Of a stretch of DNA of 64,000 bases, positions 1 through 8,971 are shown piece by piece. The notes under the pieces were generated by a model. The model made no database searches. It was not told the origin of the DNA and worked only from the letters and a program-made list of their open reading frames with translations. The translations under genes were made by a program, and so were the position numbers. The DNA lies in assembly GCA_046314385.1 (NCBI GenBank), contig JBKBWZ010000003.1:26306-90305 (forward strand), read 5' to 3'. Origin of the DNA: Alphaproteobacteria bacterium (GTDB taxonomy: Bacteria; Pseudomonadota; Alphaproteobacteria; Micavibrionales; UBA2020). Within the stretch, counting starts at the first letter, position 1; each line of letters opens with the position of its first letter.

Positions 1-729
1 GTCCTGCCCGATGCGGCAAAAGACCAATCCATCAACGCGCTTGTCGGCTCGTCCTTTGGTGCAGCGGGGCAGCGCTGCATGGCGACGTCTGTTGTTGTTC
101 TCGTCGGCGATGCGCGCAAATGGATCCCCGAGTTTGTTGAAAAGGCCAAAACCCTGAGCGTCAATGCAGGGCACGAGCCGAACACCGATGTCGGCCCCGT
201 TATTTCCTGCGCCGCCAAAGACCGCATTTTCGCGCTGATTGAACAAGGCATCAAAGAAGGCGCCAAGCTGGAGCTGGACGGCCGCAACAGCGCGCCCAAA
301 GGCTACGAGAAAGGCAACTTTGTCGGCCCGACGATTTTTTCCGGCGTCAAAGGCGACATGGATATTTACACCAAAGAAATTTTCGGCCCCGTGCTGTGTA
401 TTGCCGAAGCCGAAACGCTGGATGACGCCATCCACTTCATCAACAGCAACCCCAACGGCAACGGCACGGCGATCTTTACGCAATCCGGCGCCGCTGCGCG
501 TAAATTCCAGGAAGAAATCGACGTCGGCCAGGTCGGCATCAACGTGCCTATTCCGGTGCCGGTGCCGCTGTTTTCTTTCAGCGGGTCGCGCGCATCAAAG
601 CTCGGCGATCTCGGCCCCTATGGCAAGCAGGTCATTTTGTTCTATACGCAGACCAAAACTGTCACCGCACGCTGGTTTGACGATGCTGCGACGGCAGGTG
701 GCGTCAATACCACAATCAGCCTGAAATAA
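1..729 (+). CDS. mmsA: Methylmalonate-semialdehyde dehydrogenase (CoA-acylating), 5'-truncated by the window edge
   Basis: Frame is open from base 1 ([10 protein letters not shown]...[10 protein letters not shown], with the catalytic Cys); EIFGPVL and [12 protein letters not shown] motifs; upstream of an ACAD and mmsB. Confidence 0.95.
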   Translation, partial: VLPDAAKDQSINALVGSSFGAAGQRCMATSVVVLVGDARKWIPEFVEKAKTLSVNAGHEPNTDVGPVISCAAKDRIFALIEQGIKEGAKLELDGRNSAPKGYEKGNFVGPTIFSGVKGDMDIYTKEIFGPVLCIAEAETLDDAIHFINSNPNGNGTAIFTQSGAAARKFQEEIDVGQVGINVPIPVPVPLFSFSGSRASKLGDLGPYGKQVILFYTQTKTVTARWFDDAATAGGVNTTISLK

Positions 730-748
730 AACGGCGGAGCAGCAAGGC

Positions 749-1897
749 ATGAACTTCGATCTGAGCGATGACCAACGCGCCTATCAGCAGGCGGCGCGCG
801 ATTTTGCCGATGCAGAAATGAGCCCCCATGCCGCCGAATGGGACGCCACGGCGCATTTCCCCGTCGACGTCATCAAAAAATCGGGCGAGATGGGATTTTG
901 CGCCATGTATTGCCCGCCCGATGACGGCGGCATGGGGCTCTCGCGTCTCGATGCCGCAATCATCCTCGAAGCGCTTTCAACGGCTTGCCCTTCTACTGCC
1001 GCCTATATCTCCATTCACAACATGGTGGCGTGGATGACCTGCACATGGGGCACGGCACAGCTAAAATCGGAATGGGCAGCTGCGCTGACCTCTGCACAAA
1101 AACTGGCGTCTTATTGCCTGACCGAACCCGGCAACGGATCGGATGCGGGTAACCTGAAAACCCGCGCCGAAAAAGTAGATGGCGGCTGGCGACTGACGGG
1201 CGCGAAGGCTTTTATTTCTGGCGCGGGCGCAACTGATTTTCTGGTCGTCATGGCCCGCAGCGGCGGCGCAGGGCCCAAGGGTATTTCAGCCTTTGCCGTT
1301 GATGCCAAAGCCGAAGGCATCGGATATGGCCGCAAAGAAGAAAAAATGGGCTGGAACAGCCAGCCCACGCGCGGCGTGACGTTTGACAATGTTTTTGTGC
1401 CGGATCATGCCCTGCTGGGTGCGGAAGGCGAAGGTTTCACCATCGCCATGAAAGGCCTCAATGGCGGGCGCATCAATATAGCCGCCTGTTCGCTGGGCGG
1501 GGCGCAGGCCGCCTATGATGCGGCGCGCGCCTATGTGCATACGCGCCAGCAATTCGGCCAGCCGCTGGCCGGTTTCCAGACGGTGCAGTTTAAAATCGCC
1601 GATATGGCCACCCGTTTGATTGCCGCGCGCACGATGGTACACCGCGCCGCCGCCTTGCTGGATGCCGCTGCGCCCGATGCAATTACGGCCTGCGCCATGG
1701 CCAAGCAATTTGCTTCTGACCAGTGCTTTGACATTGTAAACGATGCGCTGCAACTGCATGGCGGCTATGGCTATACCCGCGATTATCCGATTGAACGCTT
1801 GCTGCGCGACCTGCGCGTACATCAAATTCTTGAAGGCACCAACGAGATCATGCGCCTGATCGTCTCGCGCAGCGTCCTTGAGGACGCAAAACCATAA
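749..1897 (+). CDS. Acyl-CoA dehydrogenase, probably isobutyryl-CoA dehydrogenase
   Basis: YCLTEPGNGSD, GAKAFISG, QLHGGYGY and HQILEGTNEIMR motifs; lies between mmsA and mmsB. Confidence 0.92.
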   Translation: MNFDLSDDQRAYQQAARDFADAEMSPHAAEWDATAHFPVDVIKKSGEMGFCAMYCPPDDGGMGLSRLDAAIILEALSTACPSTAAYISIHNMVAWMTCTWGTAQLKSEWAAALTSAQKLASYCLTEPGNGSDAGNLKTRAEKVDGGWRLTGAKAFISGAGATDFLVVMARSGGAGPKGISAFAVDAKAEGIGYGRKEEKMGWNSQPTRGVTFDNVFVPDHALLGAEGEGFTIAMKGLNGGRINIAACSLGGAQAAYDAARAYVHTRQQFGQPLAGFQTVQFKIADMATRLIAARTMVHRAAALLDAAAPDAITACAMAKQFASDQCFDIVNDALQLHGGYGYTRDYPIERLLRDLRVHQILEGTNEIMRLIVSRSVLEDAKP

Positions 1898-1965
1898 ATT
1901 CCTTGAGGACGCAAAACCATAAACTCCTTGAGAACGCAAAAACATAAACTCCTTGAGGACGCAAA
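1875..1965. repeat. 25-bp tandem repeat, about 3.6 copies (TCCTTGAGGACGCAAAACCATAAAY), first copy contains the ACAD stop codon
   Basis: Units start at 1875, 1900, 1925 and 1950 (partial), differ by 1-3 substitutions and have no spacers. Confidence 0.95.
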
Positions 1966-2006
1966 CCCCTCATTGACCGCAGATATCATACGAAAGGATT
2001 TTTAAC

Positions 2007-2912
2007 ATGACAGAGCATATCGCCTTTATCGGCCTTGGCAACATGGGCGGCCCGATGGCGCTCAACCTGTGCAAGGCCGGCTACACACTGACTGTTTTCG
2101 ATGTGATGCCCGATGCCGTCAAAAAACTGACCGATGCGGGTGCCGCCGCTGCCGCAGATATTGCAGCCGCCGTGAAAGATGCCGATATCGTCATCACCAT
2201 GCTGCCCGGCAATGACCATGTCAAAAAAGTCTATCTGGAGAGCGGCGTCCTTGCCCATGCCAAAGACGGTGCACTTCTAATCGATTCTAGCACCATCAAC
2301 GCCGATGTCGCGCGCGATGTGGCGGTTGCGGCCAAACAAAAAGGCTTCCGCATGATCGATGCGCCGGTATCCGGCGGTACGGCCGGTGCGGCAGCGGGCA
2401 CGCTGACTTTTATCGTTGGCGGCGATGCGGCTGATCTGGAATCCGCCCGCCCGCTTCTCGAAAAAATGGGCAAGAATATTTTCCATGCCGGTGCCAGCGG
2501 AGCCGGGCAGATGGCCAAAATCTGCAACAACATGCTGCTGGCGATTTTGATGATCGGTACCAGCGAAGCCCTCAACCTCGGCCTGCGCGGCGGGCTTGAC
2601 CCAAAAGTGCTGTCGGAAATCATGTCCAAAAGCTCGGGCCGCAACTGGGCGCTTGAAGTCTATAACCCCATGCCGGGCGTCATGGAGAACGTGCCTGCAT
2701 CGCGCGGATATACCGGCGGCTTTGGCACCGATCTGATGCTCAAGGATCTCGGCCTTGCGATGGAGATTGCGGGCAGCGCCGATGTGTCAACGCCGCTTGG
2801 CACCCATGCGCGCGATCTTTACAAGGCACATAGCGAAGCCGGCCACGGCAAGCTGGATTTTTCCAGCATCTTGAAATTGGTCGAAGCACAGGCCTTGGCA
2901 AAATCCGCGTAA
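2007..2912 (+). CDS. mmsB: 3-hydroxyisobutyrate dehydrogenase
   Basis: FIGLGNMGGPMA, DAPVSGG and KICNNMLLAI motifs; operon context. Confidence 0.95.
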   Translation: MTEHIAFIGLGNMGGPMALNLCKAGYTLTVFDVMPDAVKKLTDAGAAAAADIAAAVKDADIVITMLPGNDHVKKVYLESGVLAHAKDGALLIDSSTINADVARDVAVAAKQKGFRMIDAPVSGGTAGAAAGTLTFIVGGDAADLESARPLLEKMGKNIFHAGASGAGQMAKICNNMLLAILMIGTSEALNLGLRGGLDPKVLSEIMSKSSGRNWALEVYNPMPGVMENVPASRGYTGGFGTDLMLKDLGLAMEIAGSADVSTPLGTHARDLYKAHSEAGHGKLDFSSILKLVEAQALAKSA

Positions 2913-2951
2913 CAAAGGCGCAACATCACTGAAACAATTCACGCAATTCCC

Positions 2952-2982
2952 AAAAAGGCGCAAAGTTTTTTGCGCCTTTTTT
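2952..2982. terminator. Intrinsic terminator after mmsB
   Basis: AAAAAGGCGCAAA-loop-TTTGCGCCTTTTTT. Confidence 0.8.
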
Positions 2983-3104
2983 CATGGGCTTAACCGCACG
3001 CTTGTCATAGCGACAATCTTTTTCGGAACAGGCCTAAAACACATATCGTTGGCCTTGTGACGAAACGAAAACGTGAAAACAAAAAACACGAAAGGACACA
3101 AGCC

Positions 3105-3491
3105 ATGAAAATCAAACACACCATGATGGCGCTGGGCGCCGCAACTTTGTTTATGATGCCCATTTCCGCTGCGCAGGCTTTTGACGGCGCTGCAGGCGCT
3201 GCCACGCAAGCCGAACAACCCGCAACGGCGGCAGATGTAACAGATGACAAACTGAAAGAGTTTGCCGAGGTGCATCAGGAAGTCGAAAGCCTGAACGCCG
3301 AATATCAAGGTAAAATTCAGGCCACTAGCGATGTGACCGAAAAGAGCGCCCTGAGCGCGGAAGCCAACAAGGAGATGATGGATCTGGTGGAGAAATCCCC
3401 ACTGACCATCACCGAATACAACCGCATCGCGCAGCTGGTGCAGCAGGACATCGTCCTGCAAGATAAATACCGCCAGATGCTGAATGACTAA
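3105..3491 (+). CDS. Secreted DUF4168-family helical protein
   Basis: AAAGGA RBS before ATG 3105; Sec signal ending AQA; VTDDKLKEFA...EMMDLVE...LTITEYNRIA pattern. Confidence 0.75.
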   Translation: MKIKHTMMALGAATLFMMPISAAQAFDGAAGAATQAEQPATAADVTDDKLKEFAEVHQEVESLNAEYQGKIQATSDVTEKSALSAEANKEMMDLVEKSPLTITEYNRIAQLVQQDIVLQDKYRQMLND

Positions 3492-3525
3492 AGACTACGG
3501 ACTTGTTTTTCCCACCCCCGAAGAG

Positions 3526-3614
3526 CCGCCCCGCTGCATCTCCCGCGTGCAGCGGGGCGGATGTTTTTGACACGACCACAAGAAAAACGCCGCCTGAGAC
3601 AAGGGCGGCGTTTT
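3526..3614. terminator. Two GC-rich hairpins between convergent genes
   Basis: CCGCCCCGCTGCA/TGCAGCGGGGCGG (3526-3560) and AAAACGCCGCC/GGCGGCGTTTT (3584-3614). Confidence 0.75.
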
Positions 3615-3641
3615 CAAAAATGAAAATTCAGTCTCGAAGGA

Positions 3642-4754
3642 TCAGGGCGCTGCCATAAGGCTTCGAATATCTTCGGTTGTCGCACCTGGTGCAAAAGTTG
3701 GCCTTGCTGGCCACCACGGAGATGTTCCAGGCCCACTTAATACGCCGCCGGGCAGCAAATCGTTCAGAGCATTAGTGACAATTGTTGCATTGCTCGTGTT
3801 AAAAATTTCCTGCATCAGGCGTATACCGGGAGGCCCCAAAGAACTAGGAATGTCAGCACTGAGCATCTGAAACATTGTAAAATAGGGGGTTCCACGTTCA
3901 ATCGCACTGCCAATCAAGCTGCGGAAACCCGGGGGCTCATCATTTCCCCACAATTGGGCAATGCGTGAACAGGCACCTTCAGGAGTAGCTGCCGATAGCA
4001 AGCTCGTCACCACGCTGTTAATCGCCGAGGTGATCGCGTTTACGATCACGTTTATTGCGTTTGTTATCATGGCGACTGCGCCACTTATGAAGCTGTTGAT
4101 TGTATTCCACGCTGCATTAAGCGCTGCCACTAGAGCTGTAATTGTACCCGGAAAGGCAAGTCCGACTGCTGTCATGGCGCCTTGAACAGCCGTGACGTAT
4201 CCATTCATAGTGCCCACGTAACCATTTAAGGTAGCCAATGGACCGTTGATACTATCGATAATTGGCTGAATTGTTGAATTAAAGAATTCATTCATAAAAC
4301 CCAATACGGTAGCGCCGAGAGCAGAAGAAAGCGAATCTGCGAAATTGCTGGCATGTGCCTGGATTGTCGGATTCACTACAGCATCAAGACCTCTCATAAG
4401 CTTAGTGGCTGAGCCAAAGTCCGGAAAAGAACTCGTCCCGAATACGGAGGAGTTTGCCACCGGAATAATGCCGGTTGGATTTACATCGGAAAAGATGCTG
4501 CCAAGCCGCGATGTAAGGCCCATAGCATTGTCGAAACAGGTCATACCAGGAGAGTTGTCATTAAGGGGCATAATTTCGCTTGTGTGTGCTTTGCTCTCTA
4601 CTTGTTTCGCTTGCGCGTGGTTTTGAGCAGCTTCGCAGGCTTCTTGCGGGCAACCGGGTGCACAGTTATTGGCATATGCGAAGTTGGCCGTTACGCCGAG
4701 CCCGAGCCCGAGGAACAAGACAACCGCAAAACACAGAAAATTGTTTTTCGTCAT
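3642..4754 (-). CDS. Secreted hypothetical protein, 'MTCF' family member 1 (paralog of 27249-28352)
   Basis: Long ORF; signal peptide ending AYA; Cys-rich N-terminus; NDNSPGMTCFD motif; long Ala/Ile/Asn-rich amphipathic centre; AT-richer codon use than flanks. Confidence 0.85.
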   Translation of the reverse strand: MTKNNFLCFAVVLFLGLGLGVTANFAYANNCAPGCPQEACEAAQNHAQAKQVESKAHTSEIMPLNDNSPGMTCFDNAMGLTSRLGSIFSDVNPTGIIPVANSSVFGTSSFPDFGSATKLMRGLDAVVNPTIQAHASNFADSLSSALGATVLGFMNEFFNSTIQPIIDSINGPLATLNGYVGTMNGYVTAVQGAMTAVGLAFPGTITALVAALNAAWNTINSFISGAVAMITNAINVIVNAITSAINSVVTSLLSAATPEGACSRIAQLWGNDEPPGFRSLIGSAIERGTPYFTMFQMLSADIPSSLGPPGIRLMQEIFNTSNATIVTNALNDLLPGGVLSGPGTSPWWPARPTFAPGATTEDIRSLMAAP

Positions 4755-5107
4755 TGGACCGACCCACGTAACAAACGGCACGGAAGCCCAGAAAAATCCG
4801 ACTCGCTGCGGACGGATATTTTTTAAGCCTATTTTTCTAGTTTATCAAAAATTTGAATAAAATGTAATCTAATTCACCCTTAAATTACCTATGTGCATGA
4901 TTATTATAAACTTTATTGGCAGAGCCGCGTCCGGTGCGTCCGGCCTTTTACGCGCGGCTTTTACCGTATTCCACAGACGGGGTGCCCTCTATCGTTTTGG
5001 CATAATATTTAACCTGGTTCGGTTTCTCAAACAGCCTTCAGCCGCCCTGAAGATCCCCATGAAAGGACTTCACGCTATTGAGGCGGCTTGACCACTCGCG
5101 CCCGGAC

Positions 5108-5698
5108 TTAGGACGGGCTTTTTTGCAGATTGCTGCGGATGCTCTCGACCGTACCGGGTGACATATCTTTCATCTGCTCGGCCAGCGCTTTGAGACGTTT
5201 GAAAGACGTCGGCAGACAATTATCGGGCACATCGGCCGCCTGCTCTACAATCAGCGCCGCCAGCTCGCCGAACATCAAAACAGGTAAATGGGTTTTACGC
5301 ATCATGTCGTCGTGCAATGCGCCGGTGATGAGCGTGTCGCCTTTGTGCGTAACAATTTCCGCCCCTATTTTTTCGAACAGGGCGCAAACCGCCGCCGTTT
5401 CATCGCACTGCTGCGTGACAATGCAGGTGCGGTTGGTGCGCGGGCTTTGCGGGCCGAACATGGGGTGAATGCCGGTGACGCGCGGGCTGTGACGCAAGCA
5501 GTCTGCATTCGGCGCGGCCTGCACGGAACATAGATTAACAAGATGCTTTCCGGCATATTGCGCGGCAACGCTCTGCACGGCCGACAACGGCACGGCGATC
5601 AGCACCGTATCCGCCTCTTCAGAAATCTCCGCATGCGGCGCAAACTCTTCGGCCAGAAACGACCCGAAAACACCCCTGCCGACGATATTGATTTTCAT
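5108..5698 (-). CDS. Short prephenate/arogenate dehydrogenase-like protein (TyrA family)
   Basis: N-terminal Rossmann motif IVGRGVFG; IHPMFGP; HDxxMxxTH. Confidence 0.75.
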   Translation of the reverse strand: MKINIVGRGVFGSFLAEEFAPHAEISEEADTVLIAVPLSAVQSVAAQYAGKHLVNLCSVQAAPNADCLRHSPRVTGIHPMFGPQSPRTNRTCIVTQQCDETAAVCALFEKIGAEIVTHKGDTLITGALHDDMMRKTHLPVLMFGELAALIVEQAADVPDNCLPTSFKRLKALAEQMKDMSPGTVESIRSNLQKSPS

Positions 5699-5732
5699 GT
5701 TGTTCCCCTGCTTTTCTTTTGCTTGTTATACC

Positions 5733-7292
5733 CTACTCGCCGCTATCTTCAAGGCCGGAGAGAAACCGGGCGGCGTCGCGGCGCATGTCGGCCAGATGGG
5801 CTTTATCCATTTTCTCGGCGGTTTTATAGACCATTGACAGGCGCATATTGCCTTTCAGCTTTTCCTTGTTGCGCAGAATAAAATCCCAGTACAGATAATT
5901 GAACGGGCAGGCGTCGGGGCCGGTTTTTTTCTGTACGTCAAAGCGGCAGTTTTTGCAGTAATCCGACATGCGGTTGATATAGCTGCCGCTCGCCGCATAG
6001 GGCTTGCTGGCAAGAAGCCCGCCGTCGGCATAGAGCACCATACCGGTGACATTCGGCAGTTCTACCCATTCATAGGCATCGGCATAAACGATCAGATACC
6101 ACGCGTTCACTTCATCCGGATGCAGCCCGGCCAGCAGCGCGAAATTGCCCAGCACCATCAAACGCTGGATATGATGCGCATAGGCATTTTTTCTGGTCTC
6201 CTCCACGCATTGGCGCAGGCAGTTCATGTCGGTGTCGCCCGACCAATAAAACCACGGCAGCTTACGCGTGGCGTCCAGCGCGTTTTCGCGCCCGTAGTCA
6301 GGCATTTTCAGCCAATAGATGCCGCGCACATATTCGCGCCAGCCGAGAATCTGCCGGATAAAACCTTCGGCGGCATTGAGCGGCACTTTGCCGGCGCGGT
6401 ACGCCGCCTCGGCCCGCGACACCGCCTGCCGCGGATCGAGCAGGCCACAATTGATATAAAAACTGATATAGGAGTGATACATAAAAGGCTGACCCTGCAG
6501 CATTGCATCCTGATAGTCGCCAAAATGCGCCAGCCGTTCATCGATAAAATACACCAGCGCACGCTCGGCGTCTTTTGCTGTGACGGCCAGATGAAAATCC
6601 TCCAGCGCGCCGAAATGGTCTGCAAACCGTGCCGCCACCAGCGCCAGCACATCGCGCGTGATTTCATCGGGATCAAAAAAAAGCGGCTGCGACATAAACA
6701 TGTCACCGGCTGGCGGCTTGCGGTTTTCACTGTCATAGTTCCACTGCCCGCCTTCCGGCCCGCCGTCGGGCGCAAGAAGGATGCCGTGTTTCTTGCGCAT
6801 TTCGCGGTAGAAAAACTCCATGCGCAATTGCTTGCGCGGCGCAGCCCAATCCGCGAATTCTTCGGGCGTGGCATAGAACCGCGTATCCGGCCTGATGTCG
6901 ACCGGCACGGCAAACGTCTCTTGCCATGCGCGCATGTCTTGCATCACGCGGTATTCCCCCGCTTCGGTTACTACAACCCTTGCGGGGCGGGTTTTTTCAA
7001 TCGCGCGCGCCATCTCGCCGCGAAAAGAGCCGGCATTATCCGCATCGTCCAGCTTTGTGTAATGGACCTGATACCCCTTGGCGCGCAGCTCTGCCGCGAA
7101 ATGCCGCATGGCCGAAAACAAAAAAGCGATCTTCTTTTTATGATGGCGCACATAGGTCGCCTCTTCCCAGACCTCGCACATCCAGACGGTATCGCGCGCC
7201 GGATCGATATCAGACAGGCTGGAAATATGATGTGACAACTGGTCGCCCAGCACCAGACGCAAAACCCCGCCGTCTGTTTTATTGTTTTTCAT
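5733..7292 (-). CDS. phrB: Cryptochrome/photolyase, FeS-BCP/CryPro (PhrB-like (6-4) photolyase) class
   Basis: LVLGDQL, HHKKKI, GGQWNYDSENRK, EGFIRQILGWREY, YAHHIQRLMV and MSDYCKNC...ACPF (Fe-S Cys) motifs; start placed at ATG 7292 behind a GGAG RBS. Confidence 0.9.
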   Translation of the reverse strand: MKNNKTDGGVLRLVLGDQLSHHISSLSDIDPARDTVWMCEVWEEATYVRHHKKKIAFLFSAMRHFAAELRAKGYQVHYTKLDDADNAGSFRGEMARAIEKTRPARVVVTEAGEYRVMQDMRAWQETFAVPVDIRPDTRFYATPEEFADWAAPRKQLRMEFFYREMRKKHGILLAPDGGPEGGQWNYDSENRKPPAGDMFMSQPLFFDPDEITRDVLALVAARFADHFGALEDFHLAVTAKDAERALVYFIDERLAHFGDYQDAMLQGQPFMYHSYISFYINCGLLDPRQAVSRAEAAYRAGKVPLNAAEGFIRQILGWREYVRGIYWLKMPDYGRENALDATRKLPWFYWSGDTDMNCLRQCVEETRKNAYAHHIQRLMVLGNFALLAGLHPDEVNAWYLIVYADAYEWVELPNVTGMVLYADGGLLASKPYAASGSYINRMSDYCKNCRFDVQKKTGPDACPFNYLYWDFILRNKEKLKGNMRLSMVYKTAEKMDKAHLADMRRDAARFLSGLEDSGE

Positions 7293-7507
7293 CTCCTGCC
7301 CCTTGCTGGCTTTACCGCTGCGATGCCGCCCCTGCGCCGCAGGCATCGGCCTGCACTATAGCATTACCCGCCCTGCAGCGGCGCGCAGAAAAACAAAGGC
7401 GCTGCATAAAAACTGCGCAGGCTGCCGCCTGTCCGGCGGCCCTGCGGCTTTAACCTTCGGTGCTTTTTTGCAGCGGCGGGCAGCGATGCCCGAAAGCTTT
7501 GCGAAGC

Positions 7508-7957
7508 CTATTTACGCTGAAGAATCTGGTCCAGCTGATTGGCGAAGAGGTTTCGTTCGCGCGGGCCAAAGCCGGAAGGGCCGCCGGTTTCAATGCCGCT
7601 GCCGCGCAGCGAGTCCATGAAATCGCGCATGCCCAGTATCTGTCTGATATTCTCGCGGTCATAGAGCCTGCCGCGCGGATCCAGCGCCAGAGCACCTTTT
7701 TCCACGACACGCGCCGCGAGGGGAATATCGGCGGTGATGACAAGATCGCCCGGCTGGCAGCGCGCGCAAATTTCATCATCGGCAACGTCCGGCCCGGACG
7801 GCACCTGAACCAGCGTAATGAATTCGGAAGGCGGCAGCGCTATTCTTTGATTGGCGATACAGGTCAGGGCGGTTTTTGTTCTGTCCGCCGACCGGAATAA
7901 AATTTCTTTTATTGCTTTGGGGCAGGCATCGGCATCAACCCATATTTGCATTTTCAT
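7508..7957 (-). CDS. YaiI/YqxD (UPF0178) family protein
   Basis: IWVDADACP and [12 protein letters not shown] motifs. Confidence 0.92.
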   Translation of the reverse strand: MKMQIWVDADACPKAIKEILFRSADRTKTALTCIANQRIALPPSEFITLVQVPSGPDVADDEICARCQPGDLVITADIPLAARVVEKGALALDPRGRLYDRENIRQILGMRDFMDSLRGSGIETGGPSGFGPRERNLFANQLDQILQRK

Positions 7958-8011
7958 GACCCTGCAGCAGCCGCGCGAAAACAACAGCGCGCATTCGATA
8001 TCGGGAGGATT

Positions 8012-8085
8012 TGGAGCGGGTGACGGGAATCGAACCCGCACAACTAGCTTGGAAGGCTAGGACTCAACCATCGAGCTCCACCCGC
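8012..8085 (-). tRNA. tRNA-Gly (anticodon TCC), CCA encoded
   Basis: Reverse complement folds as a cloverleaf: GCGGGTG acceptor stem, CTAGC-CTTCCAA-GCTAG anticodon arm, GGTTCGATTCC T-arm, U73, CCA. Confidence 0.95.
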
Positions 8086-8124
8086 ATGTATTTGATTTTA
8101 TATTTTATTTTACACAAAAGTCCA

Positions 8125-8144
8125 TACCTCTTCAAGAAGAGGTA
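8125..8144. terminator. Perfect hairpin abutting the duplicated tRNA-Arg 3' end
   Basis: TACCTCTTC-AA-GAAGAGGTA; probably the original 3' structure downstream of tRNA-Arg. Confidence 0.5.
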
Positions 8145-8159
8145 GCGCGCCCGAAGAGA
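8143..8159 (-). repeat. att-like direct repeat of the tRNA-Arg 3' end
   Basis: TAGCGCGCCCGAAGAGA versus TGGCGCGCCCGAAGAGA at 9431-9447 (16/17 identical, 15-bp perfect core). Confidence 0.88.
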
Positions 8160-8255
8160 AACCATCCCTACGAAACAAAACCATTGATAAACAGATAGTT
8201 ATAGGCTCAATTGCACAGCTCTGTGTACTACGTTTGTATAGCACATCCCGACTGA

Positions 8256-8372
8256 TTTTCAAGAGAATTACGAGACACGTGTCAATGGCTAAAAGAAAAT
8301 GCGCATAAGTACCGACCTGACCAAGTTATAGCGACAGAAAAGGCTTGGAACTGTAGGAGGCACCGTGAGTAA
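8256..8372 (+). pseudogene. Start-less fragment resembling a polymorphic (Rhs-type) toxin C-terminal tip
   Basis: Manual translation FSRELRDTCQWLKENAHKYRPDQVIATEKAWNCRRHRE*; directly upstream of a YibA-like gene; toxin similarity is recalled, not computed. Confidence 0.5.
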
Positions 8373-8410
8373 AAGACCAGAAAAGTTCGCTAATCATAAG
8401 GAAAACGGTA

Positions 8411-8971
8411 ATGATAGATGACAGTGCAGATAAACCAGGGGAGATGATTAGAACTCTTGTTTGGCAAAGCATCAAACAATATCGTACCGAGCACCTATAT
8501 CAATTTTTGCAGGATAAAAGCCCTATCGTCAGAACAATTGCCGCCAGAGAGCTACAAATCCGCGGCGCCAAGGAAACATTTGACTATGTCGTAAGCTTTG
8601 CGAAAGCAGAATCTGTAACCATACGAGAATTATGCGCTTTTATCTTGGGGCAACTAGGCGCTCCTAAACTTCCCTATAAGAATAGATCGCTCCCATATTT
8701 GATAGAACTAAGCGCAGATAAAAGCTCAAGTGTTCGCAGCGCTGCAATTTCCGCTTTAGGACATTTGCGCGCTGATAAGAAAAAGGCAGTTATACTCAAG
8801 GCAGCGAAAGACAAGTCTCCTCAAGTACGACTTTCTGCTGCGGCCGCGATGCTTCATCTTAAGCGCTCTCCTTCAATCATAAAATGCCTTAAGCAGCTAT
8901 GCAAAGATAGCAATCGAGAGGTTCGTTCTTGGGCAAAAACGAGCCTAGAGTTTTTAACCGACCATCGATAA
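8411..8971 (+). CDS. HEAT-repeat protein, YibA-like (Rhs-associated immunity-type)
   Basis: Repeated DKSxxVRxxA units; LxDxxxxxRxxAARxLQxRG...AFILGQ resembles E. coli YibA from memory. Confidence 0.75.
   Translation: MIDDSADKPGEMIRTLVWQSIKQYRTEHLYQFLQDKSPIVRTIAARELQIRGAKETFDYVVSFAKAESVTIRELCAFILGQLGAPKLPYKNRSLPYLIELSADKSSSVRSAAISALGHLRADKKKAVILKAAKDKSPQVRLSAAAAMLHLKRSPSIIKCLKQLCKDSNREVRSWAKTSLEFLTDHR

Noticed and set aside
1875-1965. Possible CRISPR array
   Set aside because: Units are contiguous with no unique spacers, and no cas genes are in the window.
2915-2982. Extra AAAGGCGCAA copy upstream of the mmsB terminator as an alternative pairing or antiterminator
   Set aside because: Only 10 bp, at an operon end, with no further supporting structure.
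4891-5091. 66-aa plus-strand ORF
   Set aside because: No RBS or recognisable motif; lies in the AT-rich promoter region of the minus-strand gene.
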